NCBI GenBank assembly: GCA_951406725.2
Contig: OX597818.1
Coordinates: 46,624,001 to 46,688,000, forward strand
Direction: 5' to 3'
From: Octopus vulgaris
Lineage: Eukaryota
Length of the DNA stretch: 64,000 nt
The notes below the pieces were generated by a model. The model was given only the letters and a program-made list of their open reading frames with translations, did no database searches and was not told the origin of the DNA. Position 1 is the first letter of the stretch, and each line of letters begins with the position of its first letter. Positions 1 through 13,165 of this stretch are shown here, in pieces. Position numbers and translations under genes: made by a program.

Positions 1-783
1 ATTTCGCCCGGTGTGCTAACGATTCTGCCAGCTCGCTGCCTTGTATTAAAAGAAATAATGATGCATTTCATTCTATCGAGGAAGATTCTATGTGGTCGTT
101 CCTAAGTTCCTTCAAATACAACCTACCGTTATAAACAAGGGCAAGATACATTGAACGTAGTTTTGATATACAAAAAGAGGGGACAGGCACAACGAGAATG
201 ATATTGATCATATGTATATTCAACTCAAACATGGCTGACATGGGGTTAAGCGACCGCAACAACAATAACAATACCAACAATAACTAACTCTAGCACTCTA
301 TGAGTGAAAGACGTACGAGCTACAGACTGTGTACAGACCAGGAACTATTTATACTGTTTATTATCTTCTGTAACAGTAGATATCAATATGTTCACACACG
401 ATAAAATTAATGGAGAATTATCTCTTACCTTTCTTTTAATCTGGGAAAGATCACACTCTAATATCTGAAGGTAAATCTCATTATGGAATGGTGAGAAAAG
501 TAAAGAACAAAGTGATCATATTATCGCGAGGTTTCGGAAACCTACACCGTGATACGGAATAAACCTTATGCTAGAAAGATATATCTGCATGTTAGTGAAA
601 GAAGGTCAAGGTTGGCAAAGGAATTACAGTATAAAGACATTAGATAACACGTAGCCAGAGATATATGAGAACCTGCGTAGTCCCTGTCAAAAATGACGGG
701 GTTTATTTCTGCCTCCTTTCAATAATTCTTATATACTTCATTATTTCGTCTCTATCTTTCTCTCCCTTTCTTTCTCTTCCACT

Positions 784-850
<67 letters not shown>

Positions 851-855
<5 letters not shown>

Positions 856-1171
856 ATTATTATTATTATTATCACCGTGATCACCGTGACTGACCAGGCC
901 ATCAGATGTTGTTACACATCGCTGGTTACAATGCGCTTCGCATTGTTATAGCCTTCAAATGACGCCACCCCGCTGGCTAAGCGAGCAGGCCAACAGAAGA
1001 AAGAGTGAGAGAAAGAGTACAGCAGGGATCGCCACCACCCCCTGCCGGAGCCTCGTGGAGCTTTAGGTGTTTTCGCTCAATAAACACTCACAACGCCCGG
1101 TCTGGGAATCGAAACCGCGATCCTACGACCGCGAGTCCGCTGCCCTAACCACTAGGCCATTGCGCCTCCAC
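851..1171 (-). mobile_element. tRNA-derived SINE, family C head with tail type 1, ending in (TAA)n
   Basis: Minus strand begins GTGGAGGCGCAATGGCCTAGTGGTTAGGGCAGCGGACTCGCGGTCGTAGGATCGCGGTTTCGATTCCCAGACCGGGC, with Pol III A box TGGCCTAGTGG and B box GTTTCGATTCC. The head is nearly identical to those at 52642-52957 and 53576-53945. Confidence 0.85.
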
Positions 1172-1297
1172 ATTATTATTATACACACACACACACACAC
1201 ACATATACATACATGTACATCCTCTCTTTTTATCGCAATAAAATTCTGATTCTTTCTCTTCTTTTCTCACTTCGATATCATACACAAATTTTGATCT

Positions 1298-1320
1298 CCT
1301 CTCTTTCTCTCTCTCTCTCA

Positions 1321-1405
<85 letters not shown>
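1298..1405. repeat. (CT)n microsatellite
   Basis: Direct reading of the dinucleotide run. Confidence 0.95.
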
Positions 1406-1410
<5 letters not shown>

Positions 1411-2060
1411 GTTTGTCATTCGCTCACTCTCTATACCTTTGTTCTTTCATCACATTACTTCTTATTATAGATCTTTATCTTTCTTCTTCCTATGTCTCTC
1501 TAAGTAACGCTCTCTCTTCCTCTCTCACACTTTTTGCCGTCACTCTCTGTATTTAATCACCTGCTTATGGTTGCCTATCATCTCACAAGCTTCTAAACTC
1601 CCAACTATTAAATTCCAACCAATCTCTTTATCTATCAAGCCTTTCTATCATTGTAACTTCTTTCTCCCTAGTTCACCTCTCTCACAACAGCGACTGCTTT
1701 CTCCTTTCAACCGACAAAAACCTTGATACGTGACTTAAAGTTTTATAAATCAAGATTAATTCTGTCATTAAACTGAGTCATTAATCAAATTTAGAAATAT
1801 AATTGCAAAGATTTACAGCTATTATTATAATACATAAAAACTTCAAGCAAATGAAATAATTTATTACAAATATGGTAGAATTAACACCAATTTGCTAATT
1901 GTTATAAAGATGGCGAGCCGGCAGAACCCTTAACACGTCGGACAAATTACTTAGCGGCATTTCTGCTGGCGTTTTACAGTCTACATTCAAACCAACTTTG
2001 CGTTTCATCTCTCCGGGGTTCATAAGATTAAAAAAATAAATAACAGACAACTACTATATA

Positions 2061-2218
2061 GGCGTAGGAATGGCTGTGTGGTAAGTAGCTTGCTAACCAA
2101 CCACATGTTCCGGGTTCAGTCCACTGCGTGGCATCTTGGGTAATTGTCTTCTACTATAGCCTCGGGCCGACCAAAGCCTTGTGAGTGGATTTGGTAGACG
2201 GAAACTGAAAGAAGCCCG

Positions 2219-2274
<56 letters not shown>

Positions 2275-2524
2275 GTATATGTTCGTGTGTGTATATATTT
2301 GTGTGTCTGTGTTTGTCCCCCCAACATCGCTTGAGAACCGATGCTGGTGTGTTTATGTCCCCGTAACTTACCTTGCTTACCAGCCACATGGTTCCGGGTT
2401 CAATCCCACTACGTGGCACCTTGGTCAAGTGTCTTCTACTATAGCCTCGGGTCGACCAAAGCCTTGTGAGTGGATTTGGTAGATGGAAACTGAAAGAAGC
2501 CCGTCGTATATATATATATATACG

Positions 2525-2578
<54 letters not shown>

Positions 2579-3062
2579 GCTTTCACCTTCGAAACGTAGA
2601 GTAGATGAAACCATGGCGACTGAAGAAGGGGTTTTTTCTTTGTGTTAATTGTCCTGTACTCTATTTTTTTGTTGTTTAAAAAAATGTCCAGTTCCTTGGG
2701 TTTGTGTCTATGTTTCTCATTGTGTTCGACGTTTTTTTGGTGTCCTGTACTCATATATGTGTGTATATATACATGTAGAGGTAGGTACGTACATATATGT
2801 ATATATATATATGCATATGTTTTATTTATTAATATATATATATATATATATATATACGTGTGTGTATGTTTGTGTTTCTCCCCCCAACATCGCTTGAGAA
2901 CCCATGCTGGTGTGTTTATGTCCCTGTAACTTAGCAGTTCGGCAAAAGAGACCAACAGAATAAGTACTAGACTTACAAAGAATAAGTCCTGGGGTCGATT
3001 TGCTCGACTAAAGGCGGTGCTCCAGCATGGCCACAGTCAAATGACTGAAACAAGTAAAAGAA
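2061..3062 (+). mobile_element. Two nested or tandem copies of tRNA/CORE-type SINE family B, with an extra insertion in the internal (TA)n
   Basis: Head GGCGTAGGAATGGCTGTGTGGTAAG...GGGTTCAGTCC (A and B boxes), CORE-like CCTTGGGCAAGTGTCTT block, internal (TA)n, tail ...GGTGCTCCAGCATGGCC...CAAGTAAAAGA. The head is repeated from about 2372. Confidence 0.85.
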
Positions 3063-3643
3063 TACTGAGTTGATGTAACCGATTTGTACCCACTCCTTAG
3101 AATTATTGGCCTTGAACCCTGCGACAGGCCGGCATCATTTCAGGGATAATGTTATAATCTCGATCACTTTTTACGCCGTGGAAACCGGGTAATTGGCCAC
3201 GTGAGTACTAGGACTCAAGAAAAAAACATAATTGTTATTATATTCGATCTTAATCTTGTTAATATTAGATACCGTGAAGGCAGCGTGCTGGCAGAATCGT
3301 TGGTCCGCCGGGCAAAAAGTAGTTCAATTCCTGCTAATTGCATTTGCTACTGTAGATCTCTAATTAGCATCTCATCCGTCTTTACGTTCAAGTTCAAATT
3401 CCGCTATTGTCGAATTTGCTTTTCATACTTTGGGAGTCGATTGAATAAGTACCATTTGAGCACTAAGTCCAATGTTATCGACTTACTCGTCACCCCAAAA
3501 TTGCTGTGCCAAAATTTAAAACCGATATTAGATAGTGGTTTTAAATTTTGTGACAATTATTATTATTAGATATCGTGTTTTGAAAATCAGTGACTGGCAG
3601 AAATTTGTACCAAAATTTGAAATCAATATTTCAATACCTATTA

Positions 3644-4090
3644 GACGGCGAGCTGGCAGGATCGTTAGCACGCCGGGCTAAATGCTTAGCTGTAGGTTCT
3701 GAGTTCAAACGCCGCCAAAGTCAACTTTGCCTTTCATCCTTTCGGAGTTGATAAAATAAGTACCTATTTCTTTACTACCCACAAGGGGCTAAACACAGAG
3801 AGGACAAACAAGGACAGACAATCGGATTAAGTCGATTATATCGACCCCAGTGCGTAACTGGTACTTATTTAATCGACCCCGAAAGGAGGAAAAGCAAAAT
3901 CGACCTCGGCGGAATTTGAACTCAGAACGTAACGGCAGACGAAATACGGCTACGCATTTCGCCCGGCGTGCTAACGATTCTGCCAGCTCACCACCAAATA
4001 AGTACCAGCTGAACACTGAAGTCGATATAATCGACTTAGCCCCTTCCCCTTAAATTGCTGGTCTTGTACCAAATTTTGAAACCAATATGT
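3644..4090 (+). mobile_element. SINE family A copy interrupted by an antisense family A copy (3765-3995)
   Basis: 11-bp target-site duplication AAATAAGTACC at 3754-3764 and 3996-4006 flanks the inner copy. Both copies carry the conserved GCCTTTCATCCTTTCGGRGTYGATAAA-like block. Confidence 0.85.
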
Positions 4091-4449
4091 CAATACATAG
4101 TCTCAGAATTGTACACCTCCGAAATGTATTTAATTTGTGCATATCGCATTATATGCACACATATTTAATTTATTGCTTCAGATTCTGCACAAAATAGATG
4201 TCCAATCTTAATCTTCGCAGAATGTCACTTCTCTGGGATTTTCTTTCAGTTCATGTTTTCCCTAGACATGTTCAACGGGGGCGTTAACCGCGTCAAACAC
4301 CGATCAGCAGAGTGCATGGGGTACAATCCTCTTTCTCTCTGTCTGTCTGTCTCTCTCTCTCTCTCCCTCTCTCTGTATATGTATGCATGCGTACATATCT
4401 ATCTATCTATATATCTATCTATCTATCTATCTATCTATCTGTCTATCTA

Positions 4450-4506
<57 letters not shown>

Positions 4507-4578
4507 AGAGAGAGAAATATATATATAAAGAGCGATAGAAATATATATACATACTAGTACATGCACATATATACATAC

Positions 4579-4635
<57 letters not shown>

Positions 4636-5160
4636 AAGAGAGAGAGAGTGAGAAAGAGAGCAGAAAAAGAGAGAGAGAAAGAGAGAGGGAAGAAGAGAGA
4701 GATTGGAGTGCATAGATAGACAGACATATTCGTAATTAACGGCGAAAATTGCAGAACATATAAAGCAGAAACTGAGAAGAGAGTGTTATGAACAGATATA
4801 GATTTCTTTGGGGAGAAAAGCAACGTAAAAATATTATTGGGTAAATGAGATTTTGTGAAAGGTAGCAATCGTATAAAAGTAATACACACCTCAGTATTTT
4901 ATGCTTATATTTCGCAGGGGAATGATAGATTAAATTCGGTTTCATTTTCCTTTGTCGCTTATGGATAAAGACGAGATAAAGATAACAAGGAAGAGTGTGG
5001 TAATAGAGGCTAATTAAGGGGATGGTTCAAGAGAGGAGCCAAACTGTTGTAATGAAAAATATATATTAAACTACTAATTACAAGATTTTATATTTATCAA
5101 AAATCTTTTGCCAAGAACATATTATAAATATAACTGTGTGAAATATATACTCAATATTCA

Positions 5161-5580
5161 AGGCGGTGAGCTGGCAGAAACGTTAGCACGCCGGGCGAAA
5201 TGCTTAGCAGTATTTCATCTGCCGCTACGTTCTGAGTTCAAATTCCGCCGAGGTCGACTTTGCCTTTCATCATTTCGGGGTCGATAAATTAAGTACCAGT
5301 TACGCACTGGGGTAGATATAATCGGCTTAATCCGTTTGTCTGTCCTTGTTTGTCCCCTCTGTGTTTAGCCCCTTGTGGGTAGTAAAGAAATAGGTATTTC
5401 GTCAGCGGTTACGTTCCGTTCTGAGTTAAAATTCCGCCAAGGTCGACTTTGCCTTTCATCCTTTCAGGGTCGATAAATAAGTACCAGTTATGCACTGGGG
5501 TCGTTATAATCGACTTAATCCCTTTGTCTGTCCTTGTTTGTCCCCTCTACGTTTAGCCCCTTGTGGGCAATAAAGAAATA
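5161..5580 (+). mobile_element. Dimeric SINE family A
   Basis: Full monomer 5161-5392 plus a head-truncated monomer starting GGTATTTCGTC at 5393. A 14-bp TSD ATATATACTCAATA (5143-5156, 5580-5593) flanks the whole dimer. Confidence 0.85.
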
Positions 5581-6345
5581 TATATACTCAATACTCTTAG
5601 TTACGAAAATATGAGGCAAAAATTACTGGCTAGAGCCACGGCTAGTAAGTTAAACCAAGCAGTATGGCGGCATACTAATAAATTGTTGGTTTCCCATCTC
5701 CTACTTCCAGCAACGAGAACGTATATCATTAAAAATCTTTTTGTCAGTAATGATAATGTTGAAAATGATTTTTCTCTTCCCCCCAAAAGTCATACCTTAC
5801 CTGCAATTCTTCTCAACTCGTTATCTTCCCAGGTGTTCTCTTTAACGCCACTCTGAGATGAACGCCTAAATTGACTGTAAACATTAATATCGCATCACAT
5901 TTTTATGGGGCAGGCGTAACTTCTACTATATAATCTAATAATATCCACACCACTGAAAGAAAGAGAAAAAATATTAATCTTGTCAAGAATATGCTTGTAA
6001 TTAAGACTACCAAGACAGATATACGATCTCAAAAAAATCGAGAAAATGTTTAATGCCATGAAAACTATCTATTCTGAGATTTTCATTTTAAACTTGATAA
6101 TAGTCCATTTAGAAGCAAAAAAAAACAATTAATTTAATCTAGCAGGAAGTGTTAGTTGTTACGAAGCAGCAATAAAGATGAAAAAACTGTTTTCTTTTAC
6201 CAATTTATTGGTTTCAACCAACTGGTTGAATTAAGTAAATATTTAAGTATTACACTCGCCACGACCATAAAATATTCTTTCTACATTGGTTAAATGTGGT
6301 TTTAAATTTATTGTTTGTTAACAGAAGAAAATAATGGGATCTTTG

Positions 6346-6923
6346 CCTTTTGACCCACAGATTTAAAAAATAATTTTTTGTAACTAAACACTTTCAAACT
6401 TCGGACACTGGTAGAATGTATCATATAAAACGTCTTTTATTCATAGCATTTTTGAGAAAAACTTATATTTACGAAGTTATTTCACGGTAAAGTTCTCGTA
6501 TTTCGGTAATTTCAACCAATCAATGATGTGTATTCAGCTGAATAAAATTACTGCCGTTGTTCGTCAACAACAACTATCGGCAGTGTATTTTCCTTTTGTC
6601 ACTGTTATTTATGACATCGTTCGTGCGTTTGTATTGGTTTTAGCTTTAAGGTTTTAGGGTTAGGGTTAGGGTTGTCATAAATAGCAGTGACAAACGAAAT
6701 ATACACCGCTGGAAGTTCTTGTTGACAAACAATGGCAGTAATTTTATTCAGCTGAATACACGTCATTGATTGGTTGAAATTACCGAAATACGAGAACTTT
6801 AACGTGAAATAACTTCGTAAATATAAGAGTAAAAGATGTTTTATATGACACATCCTACAAGTGTCCGAAGTTTGAAAGTGCTTAGTTACAAAAAATTATT
6901 TTTTAAATCTGCAGGTCAAAAGG
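6346..6923. mobile_element. Foldback/MITE with long inverted arms and a telomere-repeat loop
   Basis: 6346-6616 is the imperfect reverse complement of 6673-6923 (CCTTTTGACC...ATGACA / TGTCAT...GGTCAAAAGG). The 56-bp spacer contains (TTAGGG)3. Confidence 0.85.
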
Positions 6924-7121
6924 ATGAGCTCATCGATTCTGTACCAACACGCCGAACAAGAACACGGGGGATCAATCAATAACATAGAGATTAAGATATT
7001 GTCCACACATAGAACAGATGCAACAATTAGACAAATTACAGAAGCTACACATATAATAGAAAATAAACCTAGCCTGAATAGAAAACTAGAATGGAGCAAT
7101 AGCGCACACCACAACATATGA
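6924..7121 (+). pseudogene. C-terminal fragment of a Penelope-like element GIY-YIG endonuclease
   Basis: Translation SSILYQHAEQEHGG...IKILSTHRTDATIRQITEATHIIENKPSLNRKLEW fits the S-L-x-x-H...H...IL...RQI-x-EA-x-x-I...P-x-LN-x-K-x-EW pattern at the end of PLE ORFs (recognised by eye). Confidence 0.65.
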
Positions 7122-8804
7122 CAATAGTGGATCCTGCAAACATAATAAATACACAGGTAATTAAAGAAATAGAAATGAATATCTATATATATGTATATGT
7201 GTATATATATGTATATGTATATGTGTATATATGTGTGTATATATGTATATATATATATATGTATATGTATGTGTATGTATATATATATGTGTATATGTAT
7301 ATTTTTTTTTTTTTTTTCGATTAGATTTATTATTATTATTACTAATATTGTTGTTATACATACATACAAGCATATGTAATGATGATAATGGGTGGATGTA
7401 AACAGGCATGAACAAAATTAGAACAAAAGCAACAACAACAAAAACAAAATACAAATTACAAGAATGTATATAACCAGAAGATACAAATATTACAGGCATC
7501 CCCCACACACACACTAAATAAACATTAGACGCACATAGAGATATAAGTCATGCGCTGTTTGAAGACATACAATAGAAATACAAAATGGCTGACGGTTAGT
7601 AGAGGAGAGACACAAGTCATAGTTAGTTTTAGATGTGATACAAAATACTGATGCGGTGAGGGTGTGACGAAAGAAAAATAGATGTAAGATATGTATGGAT
7701 ATTGAAGTTGTAAATCCGTTTTATAGGCATAATGGTATATATGTAATATTCCAATATCCTTTGAGTAAAATCCAAAAGTCCAACAGAGTTTAATATGAGT
7801 CCTTCCAAATATAGAGTTTATAAGCAAAGTAAGATTCCTTTATGAGTGAGATCCAGCAGATTTTTAAACTTGGTCATTCCCAGTAGGGAATTTATATACA
7901 GTGTTGCAGAGTCAAATATATAAAATACATAAAGAGCTAGTGTATTTAGAATTGCTTGTTCTTATAAGATGGTGGGGTGTGACTGACGAAGATTTGGTTG
8001 ATGTTTCTAGTAGATCAAGACGTAGTTATTTCCTAAGTAACTCGAATTGCAGTTGATTATTGTAAGAAAAGTGCTGACGATCCTAGCCTTATCTAAAATT
8101 ATAATCTAGATAGATGAGATTAATTACTCTAAGTTGTTTATTTGATAAAGTAATTTACTGCCCCAATTAGATTACTTCACTTGTAGATTATGTAACATGG
8201 ATTTTTTACATTTTACAATTTTGTATTTTGCATAACCATGAGAAGTTGAACCTAGCATAGACGAATGGAACTAAATATTGTAAGCTTTCTGCGTCAGACA
8301 ATACATCACCGCTAATACCTACAATAGTGCAGGAAGAAGAGTGCAAAAGAAGAACTTAATAAGTGTATGTTGCCACAGATATGTACGATGTACATATTTG
8401 TCATATTGCCTGAACTATTATTGTCATGATATATTTCCATTGTTATAACTACGTGGCAACACATATCGAGGTAATGAAGCACTGTCATGTTGCCGAATTC
8501 TGAGTTTACATTCCAAGAAATCTGACAAAAGAAGAAGGAAAAGAAACATTCTAGACGAGAATCGTTATTCATTTCAACCATGGAAAAATGTGCGAAGAGC
8601 GAGCAGAATGAAATTACTCGTGAATTGGAACCGATTCACAAAACACGACGTTCCGGATACTTAACATCACCATAATGCAGGTAAGATATACAAGAGTTAA
8701 AGCAGTCCAAATTGTAACGAAAATTATTTTATGTAAAAAGCCATTTTTATAAGCCCGAAATTAGAGAAGTGGGATACATTGAGGAGTATCGGAATACTTA
8801 TCAT

Positions 8805-9020
8805 ATTGGTTTCAAATGTTGGAACAAGGCCAGCAATTTCCGAACAGGGGATAAGTCGATTACATCAACCTCTGTGTTCATCTAGTATCTATTTTATCGA
8901 CCCTTATAGGAAGAAAGGCAAAGTCGACCTCGGTGGAATTTGAAATAAGAACGTAAGGACGGACGAAATGTCGCTAAGCTTTTTGTTCGACGTGGCAACG
9001 ACTCTGGCAACTCACAGCCT
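8805..9020 (-). mobile_element. SINE family A (diverged)
   Basis: Reverse complement of the family A core: TTTATCGACC...GAAAGGCAAAGTCGACCTCGG...AATTTGAA. Confidence 0.75.
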
Positions 9021-9050
9021 TAGAAATACTTCAATATTGACCGGGAAATA

Positions 9051-9115
<65 letters not shown>

Positions 9116-9122
9116 ATATATG

Positions 9123-9275
9123 GGCGCAGGAGTGGCTGTGTGGTAAGTAGCTTGCTTACGAACAACATGGTTCCGAGTTCAGTGGCACCTTGGGCAAATA
9201 TCTTCTACTATAGCCTCGGGCCGACCAAAGCCGTTGCAAGTGGATTTGGTAGACGGAAACTGAAAGAATCCTGTC

Positions 9276-9320
<45 letters not shown>

Positions 9321-9530
9321 GTGTGTCTGTGTTTGTCCCCCCTACCATCACTTGACAACTAATGTTAGTGGGTTTACGTACCCATAACTTAGCGGTTCGG
9401 AAAAAGTGACCGATAGAATAAGTACCAGGCTTACAAAGAATAAGTTCTGGGGTCGATTTTCTCGACTAAAGGCGGTGCTTCAGCGTGGCCGCAGTCAAAT
9501 GACTGAAACAAATAAAAAGAATAAAAAGAA
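9123..9530 (+). mobile_element. SINE family B, full length
   Basis: Same head, CORE-like block, internal (TA)n and A-rich tail as the other B copies. Confidence 0.85.
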
Positions 9531-9839
9531 ATAAGAATATATATATATATACATACATATATACGTATATATACATAACATATATGTATATATACATACA
9601 TACATAAAATATATATATATAACATAAATATATATACATATATATATATACATATATATATATATGTATATATATATATACATGTATATATATATATATA
9701 TATATGTGTGTATATATATATATCACGTGATCACGTGACCGACCAGACCATCAGATGTTGCTACACATCGCTGGTCACAATGCGTTCGCATTGTTTTAGC
9801 CTTCGAATGACGCCACCCCGTTGGCTAAGCGAGCAGGCC

Positions 9840-9941
<102 letters not shown>

Positions 9942-11726
9942 ATATATATATAATATGCATATGAGTATACTCTGACAGAAAAGTTAAGGTTAGATACAAT
10001 TTATATTATAAAGGTAAAAATAAAATTAGACAATGAGGTAACATACTTCACACTTAACATAAAAGTTGGAATATCCAGAAGATGCTACTTCACATACCAC
10101 AACTTGCAGGAGAAATATATTCATTTTCTCACTGACAGCGTTAAGCACATACTTTAGAAGAAAGCAGCACAAGTACAGGAATAATGAGGAAGAAGAATAA
10201 ATCATGGGTCGCAGACACCACCCAAGACCTATGCAATCTAAGACGAAAACTAAAGAAGACCAAGAGTAAAAAAACCCCACCCATCAAACAATAAAACATA
10301 AATGAAATATATAAAGAAATGGTTGAATAAAAAAAAAAAAGAATGTTTATGCAACCCGTACGGTAATGTTATAAGATGGAATTAGTGAAAGCAAGAGCGA
10401 AGCAGCTTTTAAGACTCTGAAGGTGCTGATAAGATCTCAACAGCCTATAGCTGCTGTTATTGAGCGCAAAGAAAGCACTCTTCTCAAATACTAATGTGCT
10501 GAATTGAGTACCATAAAGAATGCTGTAATAACAAGCTAAATGTTAACAACAGTACTCTAACACCAACAGAAACATAGAAACAAGAACATTATTCTATTAC
10601 CTTAAAGAATATTTCGAAGAAATAGTTGTTGGTTTTTTTTTTTTTTATTAAAAATCGGAAAATGATTGGTGCTTAATAGCATGGCGACATAACTTTTAAG
10701 TGACACAGAAACAAATCCTTCATTAGTTACCACAATCCACCAAAAGTATACGAATTAGACGCAGCTGAAAGTTAGATGCAAGAAACGACATCGAAATCTT
10801 TCAAACAATAGCTCAAACATTTACTACACATTTCAAGCAATAGCTTAAACATTTACTAACTTGCAGCCAGAGTGACAGCACTACTTTATTTCATTCATCA
10901 TTTCCTGATTTATTGCAAAACCCGGAGCGTTAGATCCTACATATTCCACAGCAATTATGAAACTTTTCTATGGCCTCTCCTGTGGACTAATTGTTGTTAT
11001 TACAGACCTTTGCAAGTTTCTTCGGATTCCAAATATAGCTCTATAGTTGAATCAGTCACAAGAGAAAGTAATAGGCTAGGGATTTTTTCCACATACATTC
11101 CATACAAAGAGAGAAGAAATATCGATAAAAAGCTGTGATCACTACCGTGATCTTCGCTAGAATTTCATCACTCCTGCACGAACGCTTGTCACCGGTGTCC
11201 GTATATTTCAATTTCATTAGCAACATCGACTAAATTATAGAAGCTCTGTTCAGAGAAAAGCATAGCAGTTCTCCTGAACGTCCACTTTGAATACATTTGA
11301 AAAGTCTGTTGTTGAAAGATGTAATTTCTCATGTAGTTCAACAGCTTCTTGAAATATACTGTGTATATAAGGGGAAACAATAAGACCATTTATTTCTGTT
11401 TCCTACGGGAGACAGCCACTTTCCAATTTATGGCAATAGAAATTTAACGGCAGGAATGAGTCAGAGTCATGTTATTTCATCAACAGTGGATTTTAAGGGC
11501 TCAGAATTCTTGGAATGGAAATCAAATCAGAATGTAACAAATTTGTTAACAGCAATCAACTTAATTCTGAACCTAAAACAATTTGATGTAAAAGGAAACT
11601 ACATATGGTTATGATTAAATTTGAGAAAGAGAGGGAGTCTCAACACGAGCATTGAAAAAACATGATTAGGCTTTGTTTCATGTGTCATTTGAAAATGACA
11701 CAAGAAAACATTTGTATATATATATA

Positions 11727-12120
11727 CTAGCAGTATCGCCCGGCGTTGCTCGGGTTGTAAGGGAAATAAATATATAAGCATTTTTAGAGAGTTATAGCCA
11801 AAAAATAGCAAAAAAATGCATTAAAAATTGAAAAAAAATGAAGGCAAATTTTCTTTTAAATCGTTGACACATCGTAGATATTTTTAGAGAGTTACTTCCT
11901 TATATAATAGCGAAAAAAGTGCATAAAAATGGAAAAATACGATGGTAAATTTTTTTTAAATCGTAGACACATCGTAGACGCACGCTAATACCCAGAAGGG
12001 CTCGATATGAATGACGACTAAAAGATACCCGCTTTTGGTTAAACTGCACCGCAAAATGTGGGAGTAGTTAGGAATCTAAATCGTAGGAGACAGACACACA
12101 ACTTCACTCTTATATAAAGA
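11727..12120 (-). mobile_element. Non-autonomous Helitron (copy 1)
   Basis: On the minus strand: 5' TC terminus at 12120, 3' hairpin CCCGAGCAACGCCGGG, terminal CTAG at 11730-11727. It sits between host A and T with no TSD. Near-identical inverted copy at 14212-14606. Confidence 0.85.
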
Positions 12121-12833
12121 TGCTTTTTTTTTCAGTCATAGAGTTAGATTTATGAAGGTCTTCAGTAGAAAATCCTTCGAATTCTGACTCGCTGCTTGAT
12201 ATAATGAAATTCGTATCCATTTTTTGTCAGAATGACAAATTTTGAAAACACAGTAGGAACAAATTTCGGAAAAAAATCTCCCATAATTCACGGAATTAAA
12301 ATTACACTTCGATTTTTGTACAAAACTGTAGTTGAAGTGTTTACGAAGTATAATACGTGTTTTCACGAATGTACTAAAGAGATTTGCTCTGATATTCTCA
12401 TTTAAATATGAATAGGTAAATTCGGGCGGCTTGGTAACTATATATAAGTGTCGTCTGTTTATACATAAACACTGTTTCATACTGCAATTATATATACATA
12501 TATCTATATATAATATCTCTTATTATAAAAGGCAGATTTTATCTGCCTCCCTTTGGGAGTTATACAAATCTACAATATAGGATTTCTTCAATTACAATTT
12601 ACCTAGCATTTTTAAGAGTACAATGCATCGCGTCATGCCAGGTCCAGTTTTTAAAATTTAAACTCCAATTAAGCAAAATTTACAGAAAACTCACATTCTG
12701 GTGTGTGTGTCAAATGTTTTTCTTAATGTGGTTTACACCACACGCAAACGCACACACACACAAAGGGAGCGAATTGTTTCACTGACGCTATCACCCTTCT
12801 CCTCCTTTGTCTTTGCAAGTTGGCAGCTATTAA

Positions 12834-13165
12834 AGTGAAAACAGTGAATCCGACAGCGATAAAGAAAACGAATTAGCACCTGAATGGAGTGAAAATTTAA
12901 AAACTGTTTCTTTCGGTGATTTTTCTGCAGAAACTGCACCAAGCCACAGACTTTCCCAGAAGAGTAAAGCCTTACACTATTTCTATTTACTTTTTCGAAT
13001 GAGCCTATTTGAAATCATTACGGTGGAAACGAAACGTTACGCTAAACGTAAACAAAACGAAAGAAACGATAGTTTGTTATTTCCCACAACCTTAAATGAA
13101 ATTAAGGCCTATTTTGCCATAAATATTATTATGGGTATCAGAAAGTTACCCAGAATAACAAATTC
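12834..13165 (+). pseudogene. piggyBac-like transposase N-terminal fragment (DDE_Tnp_1_7/PGBD-like)
   Basis: Open frame SENSESDSDKENELAPEW...LHYFYLLFRMSLFEIITVETKRYAKRK...TTLNEIKAYFAINIIMGIRKLPRI. It matches the acidic N-terminus and the YF-x-LF...ETNRYA...E-x-KAF...MG...LP motifs of piggyBac transposases, and breaks off at the tandem array. Confidence 0.75.
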
